A stretch of DNA of 64,000 nt, taken from assembly GCA_008632985.1 (NCBI GenBank), contig QPGO01000028.1:367598-431597 (forward strand), given 5' to 3'. A model generated the notes under the pieces. That model made no database searches, was not told where the DNA came from, and saw nothing but the letters and a program-made list of their open reading frames with translations. Shown piece after piece: positions 1 to 13,439 of this stretch. A program made the translations under genes and the position numbers. Numbering within the stretch: the first letter of the stretch is position 1; the number at the start of each line of letters is the position of its first letter. The DNA is from Psammoneis japonica. Taxonomy: Eukaryota.

Positions 1-1445
1 AGTCGGACGAGTCCTTGGCTCGTGAAAGCAGGCGCTTGTCCTTTTGTTGTTCTTTTTGAATGCACTTGAAGCTAATGGGCAGAGACACGTCGTCTTGCGC
101 GTCTGCATTAAAGGCTTCATGCAAAGGACGACTTGATGGAGTGTCTTTTACATCCGGATTGGCCTTGGAAGGCAAGCTGGGTGCCAGCCAAAGGCGACTA
201 AGAGCGTCAGCGACTGGGTCATGGGCACCCTTGACATGGCGTAATTCGGGACCGCATTCTTCGCATGTCAACCGCCAGCGCACAACGCGCTCGGCATTGA
301 ACACTTTGTGCGCAAGGTTTTTATGATCAGCACATGCAATTGTGCGATGACCAAGGAGAATCGTTCGAAATTCTTTCAACGTCTCCACAATGGCGAGCAA
401 TTCTCTCTCCGTTGTTGCACAATTTAATTGCGCGCTGTTGAGCTTTCTGCTGCAAAAGGCGACAGGTTTGTTGTCTTGGGACACAACTGCTCCCAATTGA
501 CATTTAGAGGCATCGGTGTGCATCTCAAAGGGTTCACTAAAATCAGGATGTGATGACAAAACATCATCCGACATCACCCGTTTGACGGTTTCGAATGCCT
601 CGTCTTCAACGGACATCCACTCCCACCTGACAGTCTCGCTTGCGAGTCGTGTCAGCAGAGCCAAGACTTCAGAACGTCCAATCCACGTGTCACGGCAGCA
701 CTTCACCATGCCAACAAATGAGCGCAGGTCGCATTCATTGGTTGGGGTTGCGACTCGCTTGATGGCATCGACTTCATTGGGTGTTGGTCGCACTCCGTCT
801 CTGTTGACCAGATGACCCAAGCACTCCAATTGGGTTTGACAGAAGTGAGATTTAGTTGCATTGACTTTTAGCCCTGCTTTCTGGACCCTCAACAAAACTT
901 CTTCAAGTTTGTTGAGGTGATCTTCGTGGGTGCCTTTCGTCACGACGAGAAGGTCATCTGAGCACGTTCGAATGAACGATGGATCTTCAAATGAGCCTGA
1001 CATGCGTTCTTGGAAAATGTCTGGCGAGTTGCACAATCCCATGGGCAATGCCTGCATCTCATGCTTGCCCCACGGGAAGATGAGCGTGCAGAGCTTCTTG
1101 CTGTCAGTGTCCAATCGGATGTGACAATGGCCCATGTTTAAATCCAGCGATGCAGCCCACATGAAGCCTTTGAGCTTGAGTGGCATGTCTTGGATGTGAG
1201 GAATCGGATGAGGCAATCACTTGATCCATTTGTTCAGCTCTCTGAAATCATCAACAAAGCGCACCGTTGAGTCTTTCTTCGGTGTGATGAATGATGGAGC
1301 TGCCCATTGGGATCGGTTGACGTGTTTGAGAACACCGATGCGCACTGGGCGTTCTACTTCTTTACGTAGCGCAGCTTTGTGTGCACGAGGTGCTTCACAC
1401 GGACGAGCGTGGCATGGTTCTACACCCTCCTTGAGTTGGACATGG
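1..1445 (-). pseudogene. Ty3/Gypsy element 1 pol, RT + RNase H portion (degenerate; runs off the window)
   Basis: ORF 1217..1456 has WAAPSFITPKKDSTVRFVDDFRELNK. Minus-strand reading gives RTCSDDLL (YxDD equivalent, 953-964) and an RNase H HTDAS motif near 510. Confidence 0.9.
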
Positions 1446-1945
1446 AACGTGCACACCAGACACTTGGCAACATGGTGCGTTCCTTCTCAGCACAGGACAT
1501 GGAGCTGGACGAAGATGACTCATGGAGTGGCATCCTCTCCGCAGCAGCCTTCGCCATTGGGGCTACAGCACACACGACCACGCGTGCAAGTCGCGTGCAA
1601 TTGGTCTTCGGACGCGATGCGGTTTTGTCTGTTGCCCATCGTGCTAAGTGGAAACACATAGAAACCAGAAAGCAGAAGCTCATCCACTTAAATGACAAGC
1701 GTGAAAATCAGAAATGCAAGGAGCACCAACAAACCGCAGGGCAATTGGCACTTGTCAAACAGGAACAATCCTCTAAGTGCGGTTCTGACAGCTGTGCAGG
1801 ACCCGCCAGAGTTGTCCGTGTGTGTGACAATGGCACGTTGCGCATCCAGAACGGAGCGCTGACAGATGCGCACAATCTACGGCAGATTGCACCCCATCAC
1901 CAGCAAGACATCCTGTCACTTAACGGCCCTGATCATGGGGGAGTG
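1446..1945 (+). pseudogene. Gypsy 1 integrase C-terminus + polypurine tract, inverted relative to the rest of the element
   Basis: ERAHQTLGNMVR...WSGILSAAAFAI...QLVFGRD...GP..VVRV.DNGTLRIQ in ORF 1379..1990. PPT catgggggagtg at 1934-1945 directly precedes an LTR. Confidence 0.85.
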
Positions 1946-2377
1946 TGCAGCATGCCTCGCCACTGGACAACACAGCGAGACCGTGCATGAGCCTCTTGTG
2001 CGTGGCAACGTAGTGTTGTTAACGCGCACCTGGGAAGCACGACCACAGGAGGGCGTGGCTCCAGGTCTTGGGCAATTCCAGAAGGATGCTAAGAGAGCAT
2101 CCGTGTGAAGCACACTGGCCCGTCGTCTGGCCCACGATGGTGGCGTGATTCCACACGATGACATCACTCGTGCATGGCGCGTGATGGCTTGATTCGCACG
2201 ATCCATGATGCGAATGCACGATCGATTTGATGCGATCCAAATGCGAACGAACAGGGATTTGGCAAGATTCCCCATTTGCATGATCCCACTTTCTCTGCTC
2301 TAAACTGGCTCGTGATTTTCACAATGACAAAGTCGCAACACATCTTCTTTTCAGTGCCTGGCACATGCGTGGGGCAC
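1946..2377 (+). repeat. Gypsy 1 LTR (3' LTR, truncated a few bp before its end)
   Basis: Reverse-complement match to 4209-4647; starts TG right after the PPT. Confidence 0.9.
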
Positions 2378-4152
2378 CATGGTTCTGCACCCTCCTTGAG
2401 TTGGACATGGCAGGGTTCTCCCTGCCATTCTCCCAGTGTCCCATCAAATGAGGACTCATGGCATTTCAACAGTGCCAAAAGGTGGTTTTGTTGAACTGCA
2501 GAAAGTCCTGTTGCCCCTCGCATTGTGTCCTCGAGGCAGGCCGGCGTGCACTTGGCGTCCAAAATGCATGAAATCCGGTCGGTTTCCGACGATGAGGCTT
2601 CTGGATCTTGAAGATAGAAGGAGGTTTCTACCGCAGCATCTGCGTGCCTCATTGGCACTTCTCCATTGACTGATGGCCACTCTGTCATCTGTTTGGAGAA
2701 GACAACATCAATGCCTTGTGTCTCCAGAATGTCACGTCCAACAATCATGTCGCACTTGCCCAACTTTCCATTGTGTGCATGGACGGCATGTTTAAGTTCT
2801 GCAGTTTCGGACAATTCTGGTGACCGAAATTTAACGGCACAGTCGCCAGACGTGCTGAACGAGCCTGCCACCGTAGCCCAGTTTGTCTCAGCCGTTGGGC
2901 GGCTTCGCAGACGCTTGCAGTGTCGACTGTCAAGTAGAGTGCTGCTGGCGCCACTGTCCAGCAGTGCCTCAATGGTTTGAGTCTTGCCCTTGCCATGTTC
3001 AGCACTCACAGCCATGAACAAGATTGGAGCAAGATGAGTCTTTTTAACTCGTTTGCGGGATTGGCCTGCAACACGTGTACGATGGCAATTCAGTTGTTCA
3101 TCAATGCATTCATCCAATGCACCAAAACTGCCTGCATCGTGTCGGCAAGTGTCCGAATCTTCGGAATCACTCAAGTTGAGGTCGCGGAAGTGACTGAGCT
3201 CCTCCTCGCATGCCTTGTGCTTTTTCTGAGTGTTGGCAAAGAACTCCTCGACCTTCGATCCGATGAGAGCATCAATGTTTTCCTCATTCCGAGGTTTTGT
3301 GTTGGGCTTGCTGCCTCCGTCACTGGAATGTCCAGTCTTGACACGTTTCACGTGGGTGTTCGGTTGGGTCGTGATCAACGACTCAGGATTGTCCATTCTA
3401 CGTCCCCGCTTACGTGGAATCTTGGTGTGTTGGTCCAGGTTGCGTTCGGCAAGCTCGACCTGCTCGATGCGCTCGCAGAACTGCACAAATTCGGTGACAG
3501 CATGCGCCAACGGGTCAAAATTCTGTAGCATCATGAACTTCTGCCATGCGTTTGGCACACCGCACTCGAACACATCGCATGGTTCATCACTGGGTGATGG
3601 TGCCGGTGCTTCTCCATCCTCCGTCACGGGTGGAAACTGAGAGATGTGGCCGTTAATTTCAACAGCCCTCGCGACGTAGTCACGAGTGGAAACCTCTGCG
3701 GGCTTGCGCATGAAGCGCCTCAGACAACGCTTCTGCAATGGTGCCGCCCCATGTGGGAAGATACTTTCCTTTAGCTTCGCGACGCATGCTGCACACGCAG
3801 CGTTGGTTTGGGATGCCTGCTTGTCAGCGGCATCATTGAATGACGTCAGAGCATCGCCCTGTGGCAGGTCACACACAAGGGCAAATTTCGCTGGCCCGGT
3901 CGTCATGTTTTGTCCTTCGTGCACGCGATCCACTTTGCATAGAAAGATCAGGAGTGTCTCGCATGTAGCCGTAGAAAGGTGCGGGATGCCCATCTCGTGC
4001 GTTGGACTGTCCGGATCAGCAGGGTTGTTGCGCAGTTTGAACATCTGGCACTCGCCCTGCTGCAGCTCTTTCTTCTCCGGCCGTGCGAACGGAATCGGCG
4101 GCTTGATCCGCTTCTTCATGGTCGTTTTGAGATTTGTCGGTCCTGCCAACAT
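2378..4152 (-). pseudogene. Gypsy 1 gag + aspartic protease + start of RT
   Basis: ORF 2164..4152: gag-like N-terminus, protease ALLDSGASS and DMIVGRD, then FDGTLGEW...HVQLKEG, which continues at 1445. Confidence 0.88.
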
Positions 4153-4208
4153 TTCGTGGTTTCGTTTCTGCAGATTTCGTTGCCTCGCACAACATGAAGG
4201 GGGTGCAA

Positions 4209-4647
4209 TGTTGCTGTGCCCTGTGTGTGCACTGGGCGCTGAAAAGAAGATGTGTTGCGACTTTGTCGTTGTAAAAATTATGAGCTAGTTTAGAGCAGAG
4301 AAAGTGGGATCGTGCGAATGGGGAATCTTGCCAAATCCCTGTTCGTTCGCATTTGGATCGCATCAAATCGATCGTGCGCTCGCATTGTGGATCGCGCGAA
4401 TCAAGCCATCATGCGCTGTGCACGAGTGATGTCATCGTGTGGAATCACGCTGCCATCGTGGGCCAGACGACGGACCAGTGTGCTTCACACGGATGCTCTC
4501 TCAGCATCCTTCTGGAATTGCCTCAGACCTGGAGCCACGCCCTCCTGTGGTCGTGCTTCCCAGGTGCGCGTCAACAACACTGCGTTGCCACGCACAAGAG
4601 GCTTGTGCACGGTCTCGCCATGTTGTCCAGCAGCGAGGCACACTGCA
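4209..4647 (-). repeat. Gypsy 1 5' LTR
   Basis: TG...CA termini on the minus strand, upstream of gag; matches 1946-2377. Confidence 0.9.
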
Positions 4648-7600
4648 GGATGCTCCTCCACCACTGATGCGGAACGGCACTCGACATGCAACGACCACAG
4701 CTGCGACACCAACTCATTCCTTGTCGGTGTTGATGACCATGCCTCCTGTTGCCTGACCAACTCAATGTCGGACTTCATCAGGACACCAACAAAGGTCAAC
4801 GTCAATGTCAAGGGCATGTCCGGCAACACATCAACCTCATGCAAAGGAACTGTTTGTTGGCCCATCCAAGACAACCTCGGATGAACACACAACTTGAATG
4901 TGCCCGGCGTCTGCTGTGCACCCGACCTCCCGATTCGGCTCCTGTCTCCGCAACACCTGGCTCAAGCTCTCAAGCCACAAGAGCGCACCCAGGAAGGGAC
5001 TCGTGCAATGACCACGAGCAACCGCATCGCATTAGAGTGGATGGACCGAAAACACACACGGTCGGTTCAACAAAAGTGATGTCGGTGTCTTTCACTCGGC
5101 CCCTTCTTTTACGTCCCTTCAGGCGTCATGCGAAACATGCGACTGTCATCATGACGAAAATTTTTGTGCATTCCGAGCACACCTCATTCCGCCCGACGAC
5201 GATGCACCCGACGCCACTGTTGCTCACAATCATGCTCCTCTGCCCAACGGGGTCTCGGATCATGCCAAGCAACCCACTGTTCCGACTCACATTCCGGTTG
5301 ACGAAGCACCCGACGACACAACTAGCCTGAACGAGGAAGCTGTCCACACGGATCAATCAACACCTCCGTCCAACCCCAATGCAGTCAAATTCAACCCATC
5401 AGAGGACGGTTCAGAGGATGAAAAATTCATCGAAAACGAAGAAATCATCACGCCTGTGAATCTGTCCCACGAATTGCTGCTTTGGCACTGTCGACTCGGT
5501 CATCTCCCATTTTCGCGCATGCAAGCTGTGGCTCGCAGTGGAGACCCACCTCGTCGTCTGTCAACGTGCCATGTCCCTCAATGTGCTGCCTGTCGATTCG
5601 GAAAAGCGACAAAAGCACCATGGAAAGTCAAAGGGGACAACAAACAAAACAAAATGTTCAAGGCTGCTGAGCCTGGTCAATGCGTGTCGGTGGACCAACT
5701 CGACGCGACAACACCAGGTCCAACAGGCCAATTGAAAGGCTGGGCAACAACAAAACGCCACAGATGCGCTGCTGCATTCGTTGACCACTGCAGTGACTTC
5801 TCTTTTGTCCATTTACAAACAACTTTGACTGGAGCTGAGACAGCAGCAGCGAAGCGCGCGTTTGAAGCATGCTCCCGATCACTCGGAGTTCACACTCGTC
5901 ACCATCACGCGGACAATGGTCGTTTCATGGACAATGCATGCCTTGAGGCAATGAAGGATGCAAACCAAATGACATCCTTTTGTGGAGTCAATGCACACTT
6001 TCAAAACGGCATTTGCGAGAAAAGAATCCGCGACCTCCAAGATTCAGCTCTCACACAACTCACACATGCCAAGCATCGATGGCCAGCAGCAGCAGAGGTG
6101 GCTCTGTGGCCCTGCGCCATTCGATGCGCGAATGCTGTGCGCAACTGTGTGCCAAGAACTGGTCAGCAAGTGTCGCCGATCGAACTTTTCTCGAAAGTGC
6201 CAGTGAAACCCAAAATTCGGCACTTTCATCTGTTTGCCTGCCCAGTCTACGTTTTAAACAGCAAATTGCAAGCCAACAACGCTGCACCCAAGTGGGACCC
6301 TCGCTCTTGAGTCGGTCTGTGCCTTGGACCATCACCAAGACACTCTCGTTCAGTTGCTCTGGTTCTAAATCTCGCCACGGGGATGGTCTCACCACAATGT
6401 CACATGAGGTTCAACAATTCGTTCGAAATGCTCAAATCCCAACGTGTGACTGAGTCCCGCTGGCAACAGATCTGTCACTTTCTCCAAGACTCAAAACTTC
6501 AACCACGAATCACCAAGAAGACCGGAACGGTGGACGTCAAATGCACACCATGGTGCCGAACCCACCAAAATGCCTGAGGAGGTGACCGCACCGGACGAAT
6601 TGGTGGAAGACAAAGAAGATGCGCCAAATGCAGCAAATGAGGGAGCCTCTGAGACCCCAGAATCACTGCCGGAATCCGAAGCACCCGAACCAGAGCCTCC
6701 ACCAGTGGCATGAACGACACGGTCTGGACGCACTGTTCAGCCAACACAGTGCATGATCGAGTCAGAACTGCAACGGCAGTCTAATGTTGTCTCATGCACA
6801 GCCGACTTCGAAGTGCTGGACCAAGACATGTGCTCAGAACAAGATTTTCAAGCAGATCTTGATGATCCTGTCGCTCACTCCTTGAAGGCCTCTGCTGATC
6901 CTGATGCCATGTGCATGCACAAAGCTGTGAAGCAGCCAGATGCAGAGCAGTTCAAAGAGGCCATGGTGAAGGAAATTCAAGATCATGCTGCCCGTGATCA
7001 CTGGGAACCATGCAAGAAGTCCGATGCACCCGACGACGAGATGATCCCACCAGCAGTGTGGTCAATGAAGCACAAGCACCGAATTCACACACGAGAAGTC
7101 TATGAGTGGAAGAGTCAACTTAATCTTGGCGGGCACAAGCAGATTCCCGGAAAGCACTGTGACCAGACCTGTGCACCAGCTTTGTCCTGGACAACGATCC
7201 ATCTGTTTCTGTGTCCATGTGCCATGCATGGATGGCATTCAAGACAAGTTGATTTCGTCCTTGCATGTCCACAAGTGGACATTCCACAACCAACCTTCAT
7301 GGAGCTACCTGAGGGAGTGACATTTCCTGGCATTGATCGCAACAAGTTTTGTCTCCGCATTAAGAAGAACACACACGGCGGACATGACAGTGGACGAATT
7401 TGGCACAAACATCTGTGCGCCGGTTTGATGCAACTCAGTTTTGTTCCATCGGAGTTCGATGAATGCGTCTTCTACAGAGGAGCCACAGTCCTCCTGGTCT
7501 ACACAGATGATTGTCTTGTCTTTGACAAAGAGTCTGCGGCAAACATTGACAGAGTTGTCAAGTTGATGCAAACCACATTCGATGTGGAGGATGAAGGAAC

Positions 7601-8868
7601 CATTGACGAATGCCTTGGAGTCAAGTTTCAGAGGGAGAAGGATCGGCATCACTCAGCCCAGCCTCACCTCATCAACGGCACTCTTGTTGATCTCAGACTT
7701 GTCAATGAGGACGGAACACCAAAGAAAGTGGCAACCACCAGGGAGCTTCCAGCCCTCTCTGCCAGGCTCATTGAACCTGACTTTGACGGCAAACCTTTTG
7801 ATTGTGATTTCGACTGCCGATTGGTTGTGGGCAAAGTCAACTTCCTTGAGAATTCCACTCACCTGGATGTCGTGCACACAACTCATCAACTGGCTCGCTT
7901 CACTGCCAATCCAAAGAAATCCCATGGCGTGGCCCTCAAGCACCTTGGTCGGCACCTGTTGCTGACTCGTGACAAGGGTTGCTACATTCAGGTCCCTCCA
8001 GATGGCACCAAGAGCTTTGAGTGCTACGTGGACGCCAATTTCTGTGGCAATTGGGACAAGACGATTGCGGCGGAGGACCCCAACACGGCAAAGTCTCGCA
8101 GCGGCCATGTCGCCAAGCATGGAGGGGCTCCTCTCTACTGGTCATCCAAACTGCAAACTCAGTTTGCTCTCAGTGGCAGTGAGAGTGAACACTTGGCCTT
8201 GTCGGCTGCCACCAGGCATGTAAAAGCATCTGTGCATCTCCTTGAGGAGGTGAACGAGAAGTTCTGCCCTGTGGCGACCACACCAACGGTTTGCTGCAAA
8301 TTGTCCGAGGACAACTCGGCTGCACTTGAGATTGCAAAGGTGCCCAAGATGCATCCAAGAACACGTCATGTCAACAACATCTGTCACCACTTCCGCTCTG
8401 AAGTCGCCAACGGACGTCTCCTGATTGAAGCCATTGGGACCAAACTCCAACAGGCTGACATCCTGACAAAAATGCCGGACCTAGCGACGTTCATTCGCCA
8501 TCGTCTCTCGGTTCAGGGATGGCGACAACTCGGACATTTCGGTGTGAAGGAGTGTGAGAACATGCGTGCATTCATGAGTCAGCGTGCCATCAAGTCCTGC
8601 GTGTGACAATGACCACTCAGAAACCGCCATCAACCACCATCAACGACTCACCCAATCACAGCTCAAGAAACGAATGAGATCGGAGGTCTTGGGTTCAAAT
8701 CGAGAATTGAGCCGCACTTCTTCTTTTCTTTTATGCAATCAAGAACTTCTCGTTCCTGCCAAGTCTTTTCACTGCGTTCATCTGTGTTGAGTTTGGCACA
8801 AATGCGGGTCACTTCTCGTTCTTTACAAATTCTCATTGGTTGTTGAGCAGAGTGGTTTTGTTCTCACA
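4648..8868 (+). mobile_element. Ty1/Copia (CoDi-like) element 1: protease, GAG-pre-integrase, integrase, RT, RNase H, 3' LTR; interrupted at 4648 by Gypsy 1
   Basis: LLWHCRLGH, SVDQ, HADNGRF and AHFQNGICEKRIRDLQ (5456..6310). QVDFVLA.PQ, LLVYTDDC, YVDANF.G, EDNSAA and QQADILTK (6753..8606). INT precedes RT, the Copia order. Confidence 0.92.
8553..8868 (+). repeat. Copia 1 3' LTR
   Basis: Follows the purine run gaaggag; 10-bp inverted termini tgtgagaaca ... tgttctcaca. Confidence 0.7.
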
Positions 8869-8899
8869 ATTTAGCGACTGGTCAATTCGCACCTCCTAA

Positions 8900-11200
8900 A
8901 TTGTCCATTGTTGCCATTTCCATCTCTACGGCGTAAACTGCCGTGTGCCCACAACTGACCACAGCAACTCACCAACAAGCATCATGGAGGAAGGTGGATT
9001 TGGCATTTTACAAGAGCCCGTGCATGTCAAGAATGGAGTCGAAGTAGACGGCGTGAACATCAGAGGACATGATTTCATGCAGGCAAGCACTCACGTTGCT
9101 TCGACGCAGCGCATTCTTCTGCATTGTAACTCTCTGTTCACGTCTGCATCCGATGCAGGATTTCCAAGTCCACGTCAAAACAGATGAGAAGTGCACTGCC
9201 AAGTTGGCAGATGTTGTCGTCGGCTGCGTGGGCGCCCCGCTGGAGTCAAATGCACGCATGGATGCCTCCTTTCAAAAACATTGACAATTCGGAATGCTGG
9301 ACCGGCCATGGTGCAGGCTGCCGTCAATGCAAATCGGGTCAAGATTGGGAATGCAGCACAAGGTCAAGGATCACATGAAAAGACAGCATCCGCCACTGCA
9401 GCATCAGACAGCACAACCGTTGCCATGACCGGCGGACAAGTGAAAGAACGAGGAATGCCACCTTTGATCGTAGATGCAGTGGCTTTTATCATGAGGGGAA
9501 TTGGCCCAAAATCAGTCAGCTTTTCCAGACACAGCATCGACTGCCACATTCTGAAAATCACTTGCACGTCCTTGATGCATGGGGTGGGGAGAGAGCGCAG
9601 ATTGCTTTGCCACAACATGCTCGAGACAGATGTCATTGAACGGTGCTTGGCTTCTGATTACAAGACACTGGAGACTCTGCGAGAGGAAGTTGTTTCAAAG
9701 CGGTGAACAACACCAGCGTTGTCATTGAACAATGAACTGTTGAGAATGCATCTCCGATTGACATGCCATGCTGCTTGATGTGTGACGTAGACCAGAGTCG
9801 ACTGCAGCTGCCGGCATTCATCATCATGAGCTGTCAGTCTGACTCTGAACCAGAACCGTCCCCCCCTGAGAGTCCACCAAGACCATTTCCACCATTGTCT
9901 GCCTTGGTGGTGGTGGTGCCTTTGGTCTTCTTCTTGGGTGGAGGAGGTTTTTCGCTTTTCGTTTCCGCTTCACTTTGATCAATGGCACAGAGGATTTGTT
10001 TGGTTTTTGCTTTTGTCAAGAGCTCCTCCTGCTGACGTTTCAATGTCTCTGATTTTTCCTTCCTTTGTCTTTCAACAATTTTCTCATCTTCTTCATCCAG
10101 TCGCTCAATCACACCGCTCAAGCTTTTCATCACTCCAAATTTAATCTCCTTGGCCAACGCCTCCTCCTCTTGTTTGTCTCGACAGCTCCACATGAAACGA
10201 GACAGCTCAAAATGCTGGCCAACGTGGAGTCAGTCTTGCTGCTCGCTCAACAAATGCATCGACTGATGTGCCACTCAGAACCTCAAATGCGATGAGACAG
10301 TGCTTCTCGAGAACTGGTGATGCGTCAGGCACAAATGCACCTGCAAGGCAGGGTTCATGGAACAGAAAGCATGTGGAAGGAAGAAAACCTTGGTGAATGG
10401 CCAACAAGCGAATCACCGACAAAGACGCTGGTTTCATTGCTGTCCAAAGACCAGACCGTCATGGGAACCACAATGTTTTGACCCCACAGCATTGCTGGAC
10501 ACCTCCCATTTCTTGGGCTCTGATTGTTTCTCGAGAATCGGCATCCCAGACCCATCCTTGCCAAACTCACCACTGATCATGTCAACCTCTCTGGGAGCGA
10601 CAGCGCATCAATGAGGAGTTGCTGTTCGGAAGAGGCGGCAGTCAGCGGGAAGCTTCGAGTCAAAGAGACCACATCCAGACAGTTTGGCAATCCCCAACAC
10701 CTCATGACCCTGTGTTGGCACCGCAGCACCTCGCTCTCCCACCTGGAGAGGGCAAGGTTCTGTCTGTGCAGCAAACAAACAACGATCCGTTTTCTTCAGA
10801 ACTCGTTGACAGAGATCGTGCACACATGCTTCAGCTTGATTCATCTGGCTTGCCACAGTCAATTGTGGGTGAGGCACATGATCAAGCACCGGTGCTTGGA
10901 ACATGTCCAGTGCTTGATCCACGAGTTTCAGAGTTGGCACAACAGAGCGGACAAATCAAAGTTTTTAGCAGGTCGGGCCCAGTCCCCTGGTGCATCCATT
11001 GCAAACGTTTCAATGCCCTTCATTGCAAGCAGCATCTTGCCCAATCCTGGTGGTGGCGCACAGCAGGGTGATCTCAAGATTTTTTTTTGTGTTGCATTTG
11101 AGATTGTTCAATGCCCTTTCTCCTCCATCTGATGACGATTGAGCTTTGCAACAGTGTTCAACAATCGAACCCGAGATCATCGTGGCGACCATCTTGCTGT
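8900..11200. pseudogene. Unidentified TA-depleted coding relic(s)
   Basis: Protein-like fragments on both strands (9191..9706 +; 9834..10193 - and 10350-11130 -) with in-frame TGA stops. No family recognised. Confidence 0.35.
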
Positions 11201-12143
11201 TGACAATCGTTGTCAATGTTCCTGAGAGCAAGCAGGCAGCACAGTGGAAACCAATGAAAGATTTCCATCGCCCTTGTATCTAGCAAAGCTTGTTGAGGCG
11301 TAATCTTGAATCCTTGATGACGCGATGTGAGTGTTGTCTCCGAACAGTTGGTCCGGTGTTTCCTTGTTTCGGATGAAATGATGCGCCGGATCCATCTTGG
11401 AATTGGGAGGAGTGATTTTGTGACAGCTGGGTTGTTGAATTGGTTTGACAGTGCCATTGTGACGTTCAAAACGGACTGCATGTATTGCACATTCCGTTGT
11501 TTGGCTGTTGCGCACCCCGCAGCACAGCGTTGCATCACAACCTCTCAGTGCGACAGTGCTGCCGAAGCAACTGACGCATGTTGCACATTTGTCGGCACAA
11601 CCCAGCTCATAACAACTTTCAATTGAAGTGTACATTGCATTCTCACAACTTGTACACGTCTTCTCGACGAATAAAGCGATCCGAGCTCACATTCAACAGT
11701 CACCCCGTTTGACCGAGACGAACCACCGTGCACTCTCCGAGCCCTTTTCTTCGATGACATTGACATCCTGTGAAAAATTTGAAGATGCAGTGTCACTTGA
11801 GTGTAGAAGAAGAAACGGTTCCTTTAGTATGACTGTGACAAGCCTTGTAGTTATTGTGAAATAAAGGTCCGCAAGACGGCGCTCGTCATGGCGTGCGTTT
11901 TTTTGATGTTTTTCAAAAAGTGCTTTTTTGCAGTACCCCGACGAAGTCCAGACGGAACCGCTGCGCGCGGCGCCAGTTTCCAGAAGATGAAACTGCTCTT
12001 TTTGTGCGATCTTTGACCATTGCCGCGAAACTGAAAACGAGCTCTGTTCTCTGCGATCTGTACGGTAGTCTATGACATCACAGCATCGAACTCATCTCTC
12101 GTCTTCGTCTTTCGTCTTCGCGTTTTCGCCACAAGCATGCACA

Positions 12144-13090
12144 ATGGCAGTTTGTGGTCGTCGTCGGTTGTTGGTCCTAACAGCAGTGTTGTATGCATTG
12201 GTTTTGTGGTGGGCACGAGACGGGCCGCACAAGAGTAAGCTGTCTGATGGAGCTGCTGCATCAGATCGGCCGCAAACGGCACAAGCCCCGGAGACGTCTT
12301 TGCTCGAGCTATCCCGGAACTTTCGGCTGCCGCCGTCCAATGTAACTGCTGCCGTGTGTCTCAGAACAATCTTTGGAGGACCCAATGGAAGCATCATGGA
12401 GTGGGTTCTCCGCTGGGTGGCGTACAATCGGTTGTTGGGATTTGACGAGATTCTGGTGTGGTACGTACAAGACTTTATGCCTCCCGGCTTTGAGCTGTTG
12501 AAAACGCTGCCCTACGTGACATTGGTGGAGAACAAGCGGTCTCGTCATCCTTCTGAAATCATGACGCAAAAAGAGGACATTGCCGAGTGCTTGAATTTGA
12601 CCAAGAATCAGTTTGATTGGGTGTTCTTGATAGACGCCGACGAATTTCTGTGGTTCGACGAGAAGATTCGATTGAAAGACTTTCTCCTAAAGCACAATGA
12701 CAAGAAATACCTCAGTTTTGGGAAATGGTTTTATGAGCCACAATCCCCATACTCTGATGCTGAAAGTAATTTGTTTGGACTGGAAAAGGTGAGCAGCAGT
12801 TGACATTCTGCTTGTCTTTGCTTCTCATCCTCACTTCTGTTCTGCAGTACCCTTACACGTATAAAAGCTACTGCTGGAACGACAGGCAGAACAAGCTCTG
12901 TCCTGGTTGGCTCGGTAGATCCAAAGTAATGTTTCGCAGAGACTCATTCGACCATATGCTAATTCATGGAATCGAACACTTCCTTAGCAAGGGCCGCCCT
13001 TGTTTTGCGGACCGCTGTCATTTCAATACTGATGTTGCTCACCTTAAGGAGTGGAGACATTTAGATAACTTAACCACAGGCTGCACTTGA
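12144..13090 (+). CDS. Type II membrane glycosyltransferase (GT92/GT-A-like); exons 12144-12788 and 12848-13090
   Basis: N-terminal TM (RRRLLVLTAVLYALVLWW), WVAYNRLLGFD and WVFLIDADEFL (DxD). A 59-bp GT..AG intron (12789-12847) joins the two ORFs in frame. Confidence 0.82.
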
Positions 13091-13439
13091 GATGAACACA
13101 TTGATCCATGATGACAATTTGCAAGACTGGCTTAACTTCCTCTCGAGCAAACCGAACAGTACAGAGTCGTAGATTCAGGTTTCGTATCTGCTGACACTTG
13201 GGCAGAGCATCTGTGACATGCACTTGTAGCTTCAATGAATGCATGGTGTTAACACACCTGGTAATTCATAATCTAGTTTCTTCATGAATGCTTACTTGTA
13301 CGCATATAGACAATAGACAGCGCACGGCGCGACACGCTGCCCAGTCCATTCACTACCTGCTAGCTAGCAGCAACCGTCACTGAATGATTAATCATTTTAT
13401 GGAATTCTTTATAACATCTTCGCCATCAAATCGATCTAT

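Noticed and set aside
1946..4647. Inverted ~430-bp repeats read as TIRs or DIRS-type inverted LTRs
   Set aside because: They are Gypsy LTRs (PPT-adjacent, flanking gag-PR and INT) inverted by an internal rearrangement.
11213..11635. 140-aa minus-strand ORF at the block edge
   Set aside because: No domain recognised and partly TA-depleted; cannot be supported as a gene.
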